Shown here piece by piece: positions 18,638 to 26,977 of a DNA stretch of 64,000 nucleotides. The notes under the pieces were generated by a model. That model made no database searches. It was not told the DNA's origin and worked only from the letters and a program-made list of their open reading frames with translations. How positions within the stretch are numbered: the first letter of the stretch is position 1; the number at the start of each line of letters is the position of its first letter. The translations under genes were made by a program, and so were the position numbers. The stretch covers positions 8,365-72,364 of the forward strand of contig JAFUUE010000028.1 in the NCBI GenBank assembly GCA_017483945.1, written 5' to 3'. This stretch comes from Paludibacteraceae bacterium. Its GTDB lineage: Bacteria > Bacteroidota > Bacteroidia > Bacteroidales > Paludibacteraceae.

Positions 18638-20257
18638 TTATTTGGTTACCTCGATAGGTACGTTACGCAGCGTACGTGCGCCACCGGGTCCTGTCGCTTT
18701 GACGTCACGGATGACGATTTGGCTGCCGAACGAGAGACCCTTGATATTGCTGATGACCTTGGCATTGAACTTATTGCCCTCGCACTTCACACGCTCGCCG
18801 TTGGGGAACTGTACGGCAAAGCTGGTGATGGTAAACTTGGCCTTCAGCATGATGTCTGCACCATAGCTGGCACGGATGCCCGCTTGGCCGGAAATCAGGT
18901 ATTTCTTGGCAATCTGGTCCTTCTCGATAATCTGGTCGCCGATAGCCACGTACGCATCCGGACGGGGCAGCGGCTTGAGGTCGAACTCGGCACTACCTAC
19001 CTCACTCACGCGACCATCCTTATCGGCACGCACGTGCACGGTGGTCTTCTTGGCGTTGCCGGGATTGGGGTGGATAATCCACTCTCCGGTGCTGCCACGT
19101 GAAACTTTGGCATTCGTGGCGTCCACGCGCAGTTTGTCGCCGGCGACACCCGGTGCGGAGATGTTGAAGCGGTTGTCGTAGTCGATATACATCACGTTCA
19201 GGTCCACGTTCGCAATAGCCACAGAGGAGTTATCCACCTGATACTGGCCTTGGAAATCATAGTGCGTCGTGTCGCCCGGCACGAGGATGTAACCGTTGAA
19301 GGTACGTGTTCCGGAGCCGCTTGCTGCAACGTCATAGATGCCGTCCGGGCATTCTACACCGTTGACAAACACTTGCGGCAGCTGGGTCGTATCCACCATA
19401 CCCGACACGATACGTGCGCGGTAGTGCTCGCCCGGCTTGAGGATGATGCTCGACTGCGGTACCACCACAGGGATGACGGTGTTCACCACGAAGTTGGACG
19501 AACCGGCGGCGTTGAACATGAAGTTGACCATCTCGCTCTCCGCCATGCGGATATCGTTCTGGTACTTGGTAAGCAGCGCCAATACGGCTGCGGCAGGCAT
19601 CTGGTGGAAGATGGACTGCGTCCATGTAATCACCTCGTTGTCCTGGCTGATTTCATCGTCCGTGCGGAACAATTCCTTGAACATGGCAATCTTCAACTCC
19701 CACTCGTGTGCGAACTTGGCGTCCGACATCTTGCGTTTGATGCACTCGGAGTCGGCCTCGGTCATATACTTGCGATAGTCATCCATGCGGAACTCCAGCT
19801 CCTCCTGATTCTCACGGCCGGTGGCGGGGTCAATCATCTCCGCATAGTGGTCGGGCCAGTTGGTGTCATCGTCGCCGTCGTACTTCTTAGGTATAGCGTA
19901 GCGCTCGTACTTCTCGCTTTCCTTGCGGCCATTGTTCGCTATGCCTAATTTGAAGTCCTCAATGTAGTCGTAGAACTCCTCGCTCTTGCTGTAGATAGCT
20001 TTGGCGATGGTGTACCACTCTTCGTATTTCTGGCGTCCGCCCTCGTCCTTCGTGTACTCGCGCTCGAAGTTGGCCATAACATCTTCGGTACGGCTCTTGG
20101 ACGAGGCGATGGACGACTCCATACTGCCGCGAACCGTTCTAAAGCCGTTGATAATCTCGGCAGATACGTTCAGCGCAAGCATGGCAGTCAGCACGAGGTA
20201 CATCATGCCTATCATCTTTTGTCTCGGGGTTTCCGGACAGTTTTTTGCTCCTCCCAT
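18638..20257 (-). CDS. porM: T9SS motor/stator-associated protein PorM/GldM
   Basis: 539 aa. N-terminus TPRQKMIGMMYLVLTAMLALNVS is the GldM signature TM helix. Confidence 0.9.
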   Translation of the reverse strand: MGGAKNCPETPRQKMIGMMYLVLTAMLALNVSAEIINGFRTVRGSMESSIASSKSRTEDVMANFEREYTKDEGGRQKYEEWYTIAKAIYSKSEEFYDYIEDFKLGIANNGRKESEKYERYAIPKKYDGDDDTNWPDHYAEMIDPATGRENQEELEFRMDDYRKYMTEADSECIKRKMSDAKFAHEWELKIAMFKELFRTDDEISQDNEVITWTQSIFHQMPAAAVLALLTKYQNDIRMAESEMVNFMFNAAGSSNFVVNTVIPVVVPQSSIILKPGEHYRARIVSGMVDTTQLPQVFVNGVECPDGIYDVAASGSGTRTFNGYILVPGDTTHYDFQGQYQVDNSSVAIANVDLNVMYIDYDNRFNISAPGVAGDKLRVDATNAKVSRGSTGEWIIHPNPGNAKKTTVHVRADKDGRVSEVGSAEFDLKPLPRPDAYVAIGDQIIEKDQIAKKYLISGQAGIRASYGADIMLKAKFTITSFAVQFPNGERVKCEGNKFNAKVISNIKGLSFGSQIVIRDVKATGPGGARTLRNVPIEVTK

Positions 20258-20324
20258 ACGTTACTGTTGGTTAGTTTGGTTTTGGTAATTACACAATCTT
20301 ATTTACAGGTCCCGTTGCGGAACA

Positions 20325-21203
20325 TCAGGCCAGTGCGTTGAGCATGTTGCCGTAGATGCTGTTGAGGTCAGCTACCTGCTTGGCCAGAGTCTTGCTGGCA
20401 GCGGCATAAGCCTCTTGCTCCTTGGCAGCGGCAGCTACGCTTGCCTGAATCTTCTGCGCCTCAGCCGATGCAGCCTGTGCGGCTGTCAGTTGCTGCTCGT
20501 AGATAGAAGTCAGTTGGGCAGCCTTGGCGGATGCAGCCTCAACGTTCTGTTGATATTGCTTGGTGCCGGCTACAGCGCCTTCCATGTGCTGAGCTGCAGC
20601 GCTGAGTGAAGCAGCCAGAGTCTCGTTCTTGGCACCCAGGTTGTTGGCTGATACGGCGAAGCGGTCTGCAGCTTCAGCAGCTGCCTCTGCTTTCTCGCCG
20701 AGCTTGCTCGTAGCCGTAGCCACCTTGCTCAACTCTGAGAGTTGGCCTGCTGTCTTGGCCAAGTCGTTGATGCCGCCCTTCAGCGCTTCGAGGTCTTTCT
20801 CACTCAATGAGGGAACAGAAGCTTTCTCTTTCTCTGCAGGGGCAGGGAGATTGTTCGTGGCGGTGCCGCCGGTCAATGCTACCAAGTTGGGACGGGGCAT
20901 TGCCTCTATCTTCTCTTTCTCTTCTTTCTGAACTGCATGAAGGTCCACCAACTGCGGGAAAACCTCCTCCCAGTGGAACTCGGGGTGCGGTTTGTCAAAG
21001 CAGCCGATTGCGAACAAGACTGCCTCGGTAATCATACCTGCGAACAACATCGGACCGGCTCCGGGAAGGTGCTGAATCTTGAACAAGGCACCAACGATTA
21101 CGACGGATGCGCCTAACGAATAGACCATACCAACGACGCGTTTTCCACTGTAGGACTCGTACCAGCCCATGAAACCACCTCTTTTCTTAGCTTCTGTAGC
21201 CAT
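20325..21203 (-). CDS. porL: T9SS motor protein PorL/GldL
   Basis: 292 aa. Two N-terminal TM helices (VYSLGASVVIVGALFKIQHLPGAGPMLFAGMITEAVLFAIGCF) and an Ala/Glu-rich cytoplasmic tail. Confidence 0.88.
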   Translation of the reverse strand: MATEAKKRGGFMGWYESYSGKRVVGMVYSLGASVVIVGALFKIQHLPGAGPMLFAGMITEAVLFAIGCFDKPHPEFHWEEVFPQLVDLHAVQKEEKEKIEAMPRPNLVALTGGTATNNLPAPAEKEKASVPSLSEKDLEALKGGINDLAKTAGQLSELSKVATATSKLGEKAEAAAEAADRFAVSANNLGAKNETLAASLSAAAQHMEGAVAGTKQYQQNVEAASAKAAQLTSIYEQQLTAAQAASAEAQKIQASVAAAAKEQEAYAAASKTLAKQVADLNSIYGNMLNALA

Positions 21204-21259
21204 AACAATTAAAATCTTTTTTGTTTATTAATTTAAGTTTTCTGTTTTTGTCTGTTTGA

Positions 21260-22651
21260 TTATTCGCCGATATAGCGACGTACGCAGCGGAATCCGATGT
21301 AAGGACGGCTCTCGTACTGATACTCATAGGTGCGCACACCGCACTGGAGGTAGAAACTGATGTCTTTCCAGCTGCCGCCGCGGATGACTTTCTTCTTGAG
21401 AATGTCGGGGTCGTCCTTGCGGGCCATGTACACGAAGTTGGGGTTCAGGTCGTGCACATTGGTGTTGGCGTCGGAGCGGTAGGCCGACATCGTCCATTCC
21501 GAGACGTTACCCGCCATGTCGAATAGACCGAAGTCGTTCGGACGGTACTGCGCCACCTTGATAGGCGTGATGCCCGTGTCGTCGCCGTACGAACCGCGGT
21601 AGGGCTTGAAGTTCGCAAAGAAGCAGCCCTTGGCGTCGCGGGCGTAGTTGCCGCCCCACGGGTACATGGACATCTTGCGTCCGCCGCGCGAAGCGTACTC
21701 CCATTCGGCCTCGGTAGGCAGGCGATAGTCATTCGCTCCCTCTTTCGAGTGACCGTTGAAGAACTCTGTACGCCAGTTGCAGAACGCATGAGCCTGCTCC
21801 CAGGTCGCACCCACTACAGGGTACTCCGCATAACCCGGATGCGAGAAATACATCTTGGTCATCGGGTCGTTGTACGAGTACTCGAAGTCGCGCACCCACA
21901 CGAGCGTATCCGGGTACACGCATATAATCTTATGGGTGACCAGGTCCTTGGGCTCACGCAACGGACGGCGGATAGTGCTGTCGCCGATGGTGCCGTCCTC
22001 GTTCACCCAGAAGCTGTCCACACGTACCGACGCACCCTCCGGATAGCGACCCAGAGCCACGTCGAACTTGTTGCGCTGCAGAACAGCCTCGTCGTAGTTG
22101 ACCCAACCGTAACGGTAGTACAGACGCATGTTGTTCAGCGTCTTGTCCGAGTAATACACCAGTGAGTCGCGCAGGACCTGATACATGCCCTCCGCGAACT
22201 TGCCCTTGTTGTTCCACGGCAACTTGTTCTTCTTCTTCCAGTTGATACGTGCGCCTTCCTCTTCCTCTTCATCTTCGGATTCGGTGCCGTCCTCCTTCTT
22301 CTCCAAGGCGAACTCACTGCTGAAATCCTCGTGGTTAGCCAGGATAGCAAGGGCCATCGAGTCGCGCACGTAGTTCACGAACTGACGATACTCGTTGTTC
22401 GTTATCTCCGTTTCGTCCATCCAGAAGGCCTCAACGGTCGCCATCATGATGTTGTCCGGCTGGTCAAATACCGCGGACTGAGTGTTCGCACCCATCATGA
22501 ACGACCCTTTCTTGATGAAAATCATGCCGTAAGGGTTGGCCTCTTTGAAGTTCTTTGACTTGCCTGCACCTACCAGCTCTCCTGCGGGTTTGTTGCACCC
22601 CGTAACCAGAATGGCAAGCACTGCAATAGACAGAATCTTAGTCAGTTTCAT
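21260..22651 (-). CDS. porK: T9SS outer-membrane lipoprotein PorK/GldK (FGE-sulfatase fold)
   Basis: 463 aa. Lipobox LVTGCN, FGE-like motifs RGGSW and YIGFRCV. Confidence 0.9.
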   Translation of the reverse strand: MKLTKILSIAVLAILVTGCNKPAGELVGAGKSKNFKEANPYGMIFIKKGSFMMGANTQSAVFDQPDNIMMATVEAFWMDETEITNNEYRQFVNYVRDSMALAILANHEDFSSEFALEKKEDGTESEDEEEEEGARINWKKKNKLPWNNKGKFAEGMYQVLRDSLVYYSDKTLNNMRLYYRYGWVNYDEAVLQRNKFDVALGRYPEGASVRVDSFWVNEDGTIGDSTIRRPLREPKDLVTHKIICVYPDTLVWVRDFEYSYNDPMTKMYFSHPGYAEYPVVGATWEQAHAFCNWRTEFFNGHSKEGANDYRLPTEAEWEYASRGGRKMSMYPWGGNYARDAKGCFFANFKPYRGSYGDDTGITPIKVAQYRPNDFGLFDMAGNVSEWTMSAYRSDANTNVHDLNPNFVYMARKDDPDILKKKVIRGGSWKDISFYLQCGVRTYEYQYESRPYIGFRCVRRYIGE

Positions 22652-22705
22652 ATCTTTTTTGTGAGTTAATGTTCTATAATATATCGCGCCTGTGCGCGTT
22701 CTTCC

Positions 22706-23668
22706 TTATAAGTATCGTACGCTCTTGTAGCGGTTCGTCCGCTTGGGCTTCAGTATGTCGAAACCGTATGTCAGGTATAACTCGTGGCTTCCGTAGCTCT
22801 CCAGCAGCAGGTTGTTCGTCGGCAACTCGCAGGTGTAACCCAACTGCAGCCCCGAGATAATATCAATCCCCAATAGTATATTCACACTCCCTGCTACGCG
22901 GTAGCCCAGTCCCCAGCGGTAACGGTCTTTGTAGTCGCACATCAGCGTCGCATTGACGTCCCACGACGCGAAATCCGACATGACCATCATCGACGGGATG
23001 AGTTGCCACTCGCGGTGATCCCGCAGCCGGAACCGGTAGCCGCCGGTCACGTACATCGTCCCGCGCAGCCGGACCTCCACTTCCTTCGTCCCCGACGCCC
23101 AGATTATCTTGGGATTGGTCACGTGGCTGTACGAACCGCCTACCCACCATTGCGACGTCGAATACCATATTCCCAGACCTAAGTCAAAGCCCATGCCCGA
23201 CACATCGCCTGACGGAATATACTGGTCGCTCGGGTCGTGGTACTCCGAACCGCTCAACTGGCTCAGATTCACGCTGTCACCCTTGAAGCCTACGTTCGCA
23301 AACCCTAACTCGATGCCGCCCGAGAGCACGCCCTTACCCAACTTGTGACGGTACGCGTACTGCACGTGCAGCGCCTGATTCGTATATAGACCGTAACGGT
23401 CGTTCAGGAATCGAATCCCCGCTCCGTGACGGGTCTTGCCGATTACGAACGGCGACGAAAAACTGAAATACGTTGACATTGGGGCGTTCTTGATGTCCAC
23501 AAATTGCATCCTGTGGAGTCCCGCCACCTTCATCAGGTCCCCTTCACCTGCCGCTGCAGGGTTGTAGGCGGTTGGTAGATACATATAATGTCCTATCTGA
23601 GGGTCAAACTGCGCATACACAGTCAACACGGCCAATAGCGACAACAATAGAACAATATGTCTTTTCAC
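22706..23668 (-). CDS. porP: PorP/SprF family T9SS outer-membrane beta-barrel
   Basis: 320 aa. Signal peptide then AQFDPQIGHYMYLPTAYNPAAAG, the PorP/SprF N-terminal signature. Confidence 0.88.
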   Translation of the reverse strand: MKRHIVLLLSLLAVLTVYAQFDPQIGHYMYLPTAYNPAAAGEGDLMKVAGLHRMQFVDIKNAPMSTYFSFSSPFVIGKTRHGAGIRFLNDRYGLYTNQALHVQYAYRHKLGKGVLSGGIELGFANVGFKGDSVNLSQLSGSEYHDPSDQYIPSGDVSGMGFDLGLGIWYSTSQWWVGGSYSHVTNPKIIWASGTKEVEVRLRGTMYVTGGYRFRLRDHREWQLIPSMMVMSDFASWDVNATLMCDYKDRYRWGLGYRVAGSVNILLGIDIISGLQLGYTCELPTNNLLLESYGSHELYLTYGFDILKPKRTNRYKSVRYL

Positions 23669-23692
23669 GTCTCGTGTTTCCTTTCCTGTGAC

Positions 23693-23914
23693 TTAATACT
23701 CCTCCTCGTTGAAGAAGAAATCGTCGTCCGTCGGATAGTCGGGCCAAAGGTCCTCGATGCTCTCGTAAACCTCGTCCTCGTCCTCTATCTCTTGTAAATT
23801 CTCTATCACTTCCATCGGAGCACCAATCCGGTTGGCATAGTCCAACAACTCGTCTTTCGTTGCAGGCCATGGTGCATCCTCTATCTTTGAAGCCAATTCT
23901 AATGTCCAATACAT
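23693..23914 (-). CDS. small acidic DUF2795-like protein, first gene of the por transcription unit
   Basis: 73 aa. WPATKDELLDYANRIGAPMEVIENLQEI then an acidic tail. There is a 24-nt gap to porP and a promoter upstream. Confidence 0.65.
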   Translation of the reverse strand: MYWTLELASKIEDAPWPATKDELLDYANRIGAPMEVIENLQEIEDEDEVYESIEDLWPDYPTDDDFFFNEEEY

Positions 23915-24037
23915 AGTTATGCGAATAGATTATGTGGTGTGTATGTTGTTATATCTCAATAATTTACCGAACGAAACATGCGCCGCAATGCCGCGGATTT
24001 CTGCTTCGAACGGGGGTTTTACTCCGAAATTATCGCG

Positions 24038-24069
24038 CAAAGGTACTAAAAAAAATCCATTTGTGCAAA
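24038..24069 (-). promoter_or_regulatory. promoter of the DUF2795-porPKLMN unit
   Basis: Minus strand: TTTG (24069-24066), N20, TACCTTTG (24045-24038). Confidence 0.6.
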
Positions 24070-24086
24070 ATTTCTGTCACTTTTTT

Positions 24087-24611
24087 TTATTTTTTCCACA
24101 CAAACTGACAAATATTACCCTCTTTCGCCATAAATCGTGACAATACGAAAAAATAGTCCGACAGCCGGTTGACGAATGTCAGCGCAGGGGCATAAACGGC
24201 ATCATTATGGTCATTCTCCAGTGCCACAATGCGCCGCTCCAACCGACGTGTAACGGTCCGGCAGACGTGACACAGCGATGTCGCTTCGTCTCCGCCCGGC
24301 AGGATAAACTCGCGCATAGGGGGCAGCGTCTCCTGCATCGCGTCTATCCATTGCTCCAGCTGCCGCGTGTCCTCCCCGCTTATCCACTCGCCCGGCGCAT
24401 CCGACAGTGCTGCACCCAGGTTGAACAACCGGTTCTGTATCCAATAGAGCTGCTCGTCCTGATAGGAACTGCGGGCGCGGAGCAGTCCCACAAACGAGTT
24501 CAGTTCGTCGGCTGTGCCGTATGCCTCCAGACGGAAATCCGTCTTGCTCACGCGCGTACCGCTGGCCAGACCTGTCGTCCCGCGGTCGCCTGTCTTGGTG
24601 TATATATGCAT
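24087..24611 (-). CDS. PduO-type ATP:cob(I)alamin adenosyltransferase
   Basis: ATG at 24611 gives MHIYTKTGDRGTTGLASGTRVSKTDFRLEAYGTADELNSFVG, the canonical PduO-type N-terminus. Confidence 0.85.
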   Translation of the reverse strand: MHIYTKTGDRGTTGLASGTRVSKTDFRLEAYGTADELNSFVGLLRARSSYQDEQLYWIQNRLFNLGAALSDAPGEWISGEDTRQLEQWIDAMQETLPPMREFILPGGDEATSLCHVCRTVTRRLERRIVALENDHNDAVYAPALTFVNRLSDYFFVLSRFMAKEGNICQFVWKK

Positions 24612-24622
24612 AGTGTTGTGTG

Positions 24623-25492
24623 TTAGAGTCGTAACTTGTAGTGCTTGCGCAGGTAGTGCGTGTCGAAAAAGACGAGCCCGAAATGGTAGTAGTCCATCGT
24701 CGTGGTCACTGCCCGCATCTGTTGTATGTCCCGCCACGCGCGCTCCATCGCCTCCGAGTGGTGGATGTCGTCGATGATGCAGATGGAGTGCGCCCGGAGA
24801 TAGGGTAGCAGTGTCGCGAAATAGCGCAGCGTCGCCTCGGTCGTGTGGTTGGCGTCCAGGTATGCGATGTCTATGTGGTAGTCTTTTCTCTCGCGCGCGT
24901 ACCTATATAATGTGTCGGCCAGTGTGGTGTCAATATTGCCCTCGATGCAGCTGATGTTCGTCAGTCCGAGTGCCTGCCATACCTCCTGCGCAACGGCGGC
25001 GGTCTGCGCACAGCCTTCGAAGGTGGTGAGTCGGTCACGCCGCGCCGGAGAAGCCATGTAGGCCGAACTGATACCTAATGAGGTGCCCAGCTCAATCATC
25101 TCTATCGCCTCCTGTCGCTCGCGGCCCATCCATTCGACGATTCGGAAGAGGGCTTGCCCCACCTTCGGGCGCTCCAGACTCTTCCGCGCAATGTCCGCCA
25201 CTGTCCGTTCGTACGTGCTGACACCGCCCTGTACGCCGCTCTCCGTCTGCCCGCGTTGCCCGCCGGGGCCGGCTCCGTAGTCGGTCACATGCAACACACG
25301 CGGGTCTCGCAGCAGTCTGCGCCGCTCTTTCTCGATGTGCTGCCAGCTGTAGAAACGCTCGTTCGAACGCAGTACAAAGCGCACTAACTCGAACAGACGC
25401 GGCGAATGAATCCCCTCGCCGCCCGTGTTCCAAGCGGTCAGCGCGTGCCGCACCGCCGCTCCCGAGCGAAATAATACTTGCTTTACTGACAT
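24623..25492 (-). CDS. class I SAM-dependent methyltransferase
   Basis: 289-298 aa (start 25492 or 25519). IELGTSLGISSAYM (motif I-like) and DIAYLDANH...ICIIDDIH. Confidence 0.7.
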   Translation of the reverse strand: MSVKQVLFRSGAAVRHALTAWNTGGEGIHSPRLFELVRFVLRSNERFYSWQHIEKERRRLLRDPRVLHVTDYGAGPGGQRGQTESGVQGGVSTYERTVADIARKSLERPKVGQALFRIVEWMGRERQEAIEMIELGTSLGISSAYMASPARRDRLTTFEGCAQTAAVAQEVWQALGLTNISCIEGNIDTTLADTLYRYARERKDYHIDIAYLDANHTTEATLRYFATLLPYLRAHSICIIDDIHHSEAMERAWRDIQQMRAVTTTMDYYHFGLVFFDTHYLRKHYKLRL

Positions 25493-25529
25493 CTGTCTGA
25501 CTGTCCGCGTCCCGCCCATAATCCGTCCC

Positions 25530-25680
25530 TAACCGGTCTGAGGCCTGTCTGCCTCTCATCCGGAATCCCTCTGGAGCATGTTCGCATGCCGTTCGGAATC
25601 TGTTCGAGGCCTGTCTGCCTCTCGTTCGGAATCAATCTGGGGCCTGTTTGCATTCCATTTGGAATCTGTCCGTCATGCGC
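25530..25680. repeat. about 64-bp duplicated module plus short GAATC repeats in the methyltransferase leader
   Basis: GAGGCCTGTCTGCCTCTC[A/G]T[C/T]CGGAATC occurs twice (about 25540 and 25606). CGGAATC/TGGAATC recurs 5 times. Confidence 0.8.
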
Positions 25681-25699
25681 GTCGCGCGTTCTTCACATA

Positions 25700-25731
25700 C
25701 AAAGGTAGTGCTTTTTGGCGACATGTGCAAT
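25700..25731 (-). promoter_or_regulatory. possible promoter of the methyltransferase/adenosyltransferase unit
   Basis: Minus strand TACCTTTG at 25707-25700. The -33 element is weak (ATTG). Confidence 0.35.
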
Positions 25732-25770
25732 AGTTACACCCATTTTTTCCGCTTTTGTCCGCCCTTCGTT

Positions 25771-26210
25771 CCGCCTGGGACGCGGGCGGCTCGCCCGCGA
25801 TCGCGTCTTCAGACGCGCCCTTCCCTCTCTCCCTTCCCCTCCTCCCTCCCTTTCTTCCATTGCGCCGGATTGAATCCGGCACGGCTCCCCGAGCCGCCCT
25901 CTCACTTTGTCCATTGCGTCGGCATTCAATGCCGACAATACAGTCCACAACAGCCTTCTGGAATGCGGTTGTTCATCTCAGTCATAGACCGCCCTCCCCT
26001 CCTGGGACGCGGGCGGCTCGCCCGCGGATGCGCCACAAGGCGCAGGACATCATCATCGGTACCTCCGTGTCTTGCGACCCGACCGCGGGCGGCTCGCCCG
26101 CGGATGTGGCGATAGCCACACTTGTATCATCCTTGACTCAGATGCGCCCGCATCCTCGTCTCGGTCACAGACCGTCCGGGCTTTTTCCGCCTCGCGGCGT
26201 TATGCGCTCC
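25771..26210. repeat. array of GC-rich REP-like hairpin modules (non-coding)
   Basis: Three copies of GCGGGCGGCTCGCCCGC, each followed by a second, sequence-unrelated 5-6 bp hairpin. Two CCATTGCG+hairpin modules and a CGGCTCCCCGAGCCG hairpin are also present. Confidence 0.85.
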
Positions 26211-26265
26211 CCCTGATTGTTTCCGTGTTCTCAAAATCCCCTCCTGCAAAATGCCTACACCTGCC

Positions 26266-26333
26266 GCCCCAAACCCGTACCGTTCTCGCGTGATTGTCGC
26301 GTGATTGTCGCGTGATTAACGCGTGATTCGCCT
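26266..26333. repeat. anchor CCCCAAACCCGTACCGTTC + (TCGCGTGATTG)-type 11-bp repeats (family copy 2, inverted)
   Basis: It is the reverse complement of the 5281 and 59951 arrays. Confidence 0.9.
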
Positions 26334-26448
26334 ACCGCCTCGCAGGTCGTGGCCGTCCTCTTCGCTCCGATTTTGCCCTCTTTGCCATCCGAAAAACGCC
26401 TGATTAAGCAATATTTTGCAGAAAAATTCAAAAAAAACGCACGAATCT

Positions 26449-26479
26449 ATTGCGATGTCAAATATTTTTTGTAACTTTG
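26449..26479 (+). promoter_or_regulatory. possible promoter of the tRNA-Ser transcription unit
   Basis: ATTG (26449-26452), N19, TAACTTTG (26472-26479). The -33 element is weak. Confidence 0.4.
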
Positions 26480-26560
26480 CAGTCGCTAATAGCGTTAGTC
26501 CCCCTCTATATCGCCGCCTATATGCGGCAAAATAAGGGAGCTAAATGTACTGAAAACTGG

Positions 26561-26714
26561 CCGCATGGCCTCGAAAAAGAACTTGAGTTTACGAAAGTTG
26601 TTTTTCGAAGAGCGGGGTCCCCAAAGAGCTTTGCTCGAATGGGGTGCCAGAGCGGAGGCCCCGAGGACTTAATGCTGCGCAGCAGCAGTCCGTGTCCGAG
26701 GGTGCCGAACGCGA
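26561..26714 (+). repeat. structured repeat element, copy 1 (154 nt), abutting tRNA-Ser
   Basis: Shares most of its length with 44889-45004. Covarying helices are described in the findings. Confidence 0.8.
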
Positions 26715-26716
26715 TA

Positions 26717-26804
26717 GGAGAGATGCTCGAGTGGTTGAAGAGGCACGCCTGGAAAGCGTGTAAACTCCAAAAGGGTTTCCGGGGTTCGAATCCCCGTCTC
26801 TCCG
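26717..26804 (+). tRNA. tRNA-Ser (anticodon GGA)
   Basis: GGAGAGA acceptor pairs with TCTCTCC. Anticodon stem CACGC/GCGTG with loop CTGGAAA, long variable arm, T-arm GGGGTTCGAATCCCC. No encoded CCA. Confidence 0.9.
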
Positions 26805-26977
26805 CAAGACAAGACCGGGTTTACGAGTCCAAGCTTGCTTGGCTGAGTAAACATGGGCGTGGTTTGGACAGGATGCCTGTGCAGACTGTCGGGATTGTTA
26901 GGAACAACGTGACGTGATAATCCCCATCCCCCCCGCAAAAATTGAAAACAATATCCATAACTAAAAACACAACAACA

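Noticed and set aside
25492-25731. Possible cobalamin riboswitch upstream of the methyltransferase/PduO adenosyltransferase unit
   Set aside because: I could not find the conserved B12-box or the characteristic multi-helix junction. The leader is made of short duplicated modules instead. Only a covariance-model search could settle this.
25648-26293. Several 73-155 aa ORFs in the gene-free region
   Set aside because: Their translations (PGTRAARPR..., Pro/Arg/Ser/Ala-rich) are direct read-outs of the GC-rich hairpin repeats in all frames. There is no coding periodicity or start context.
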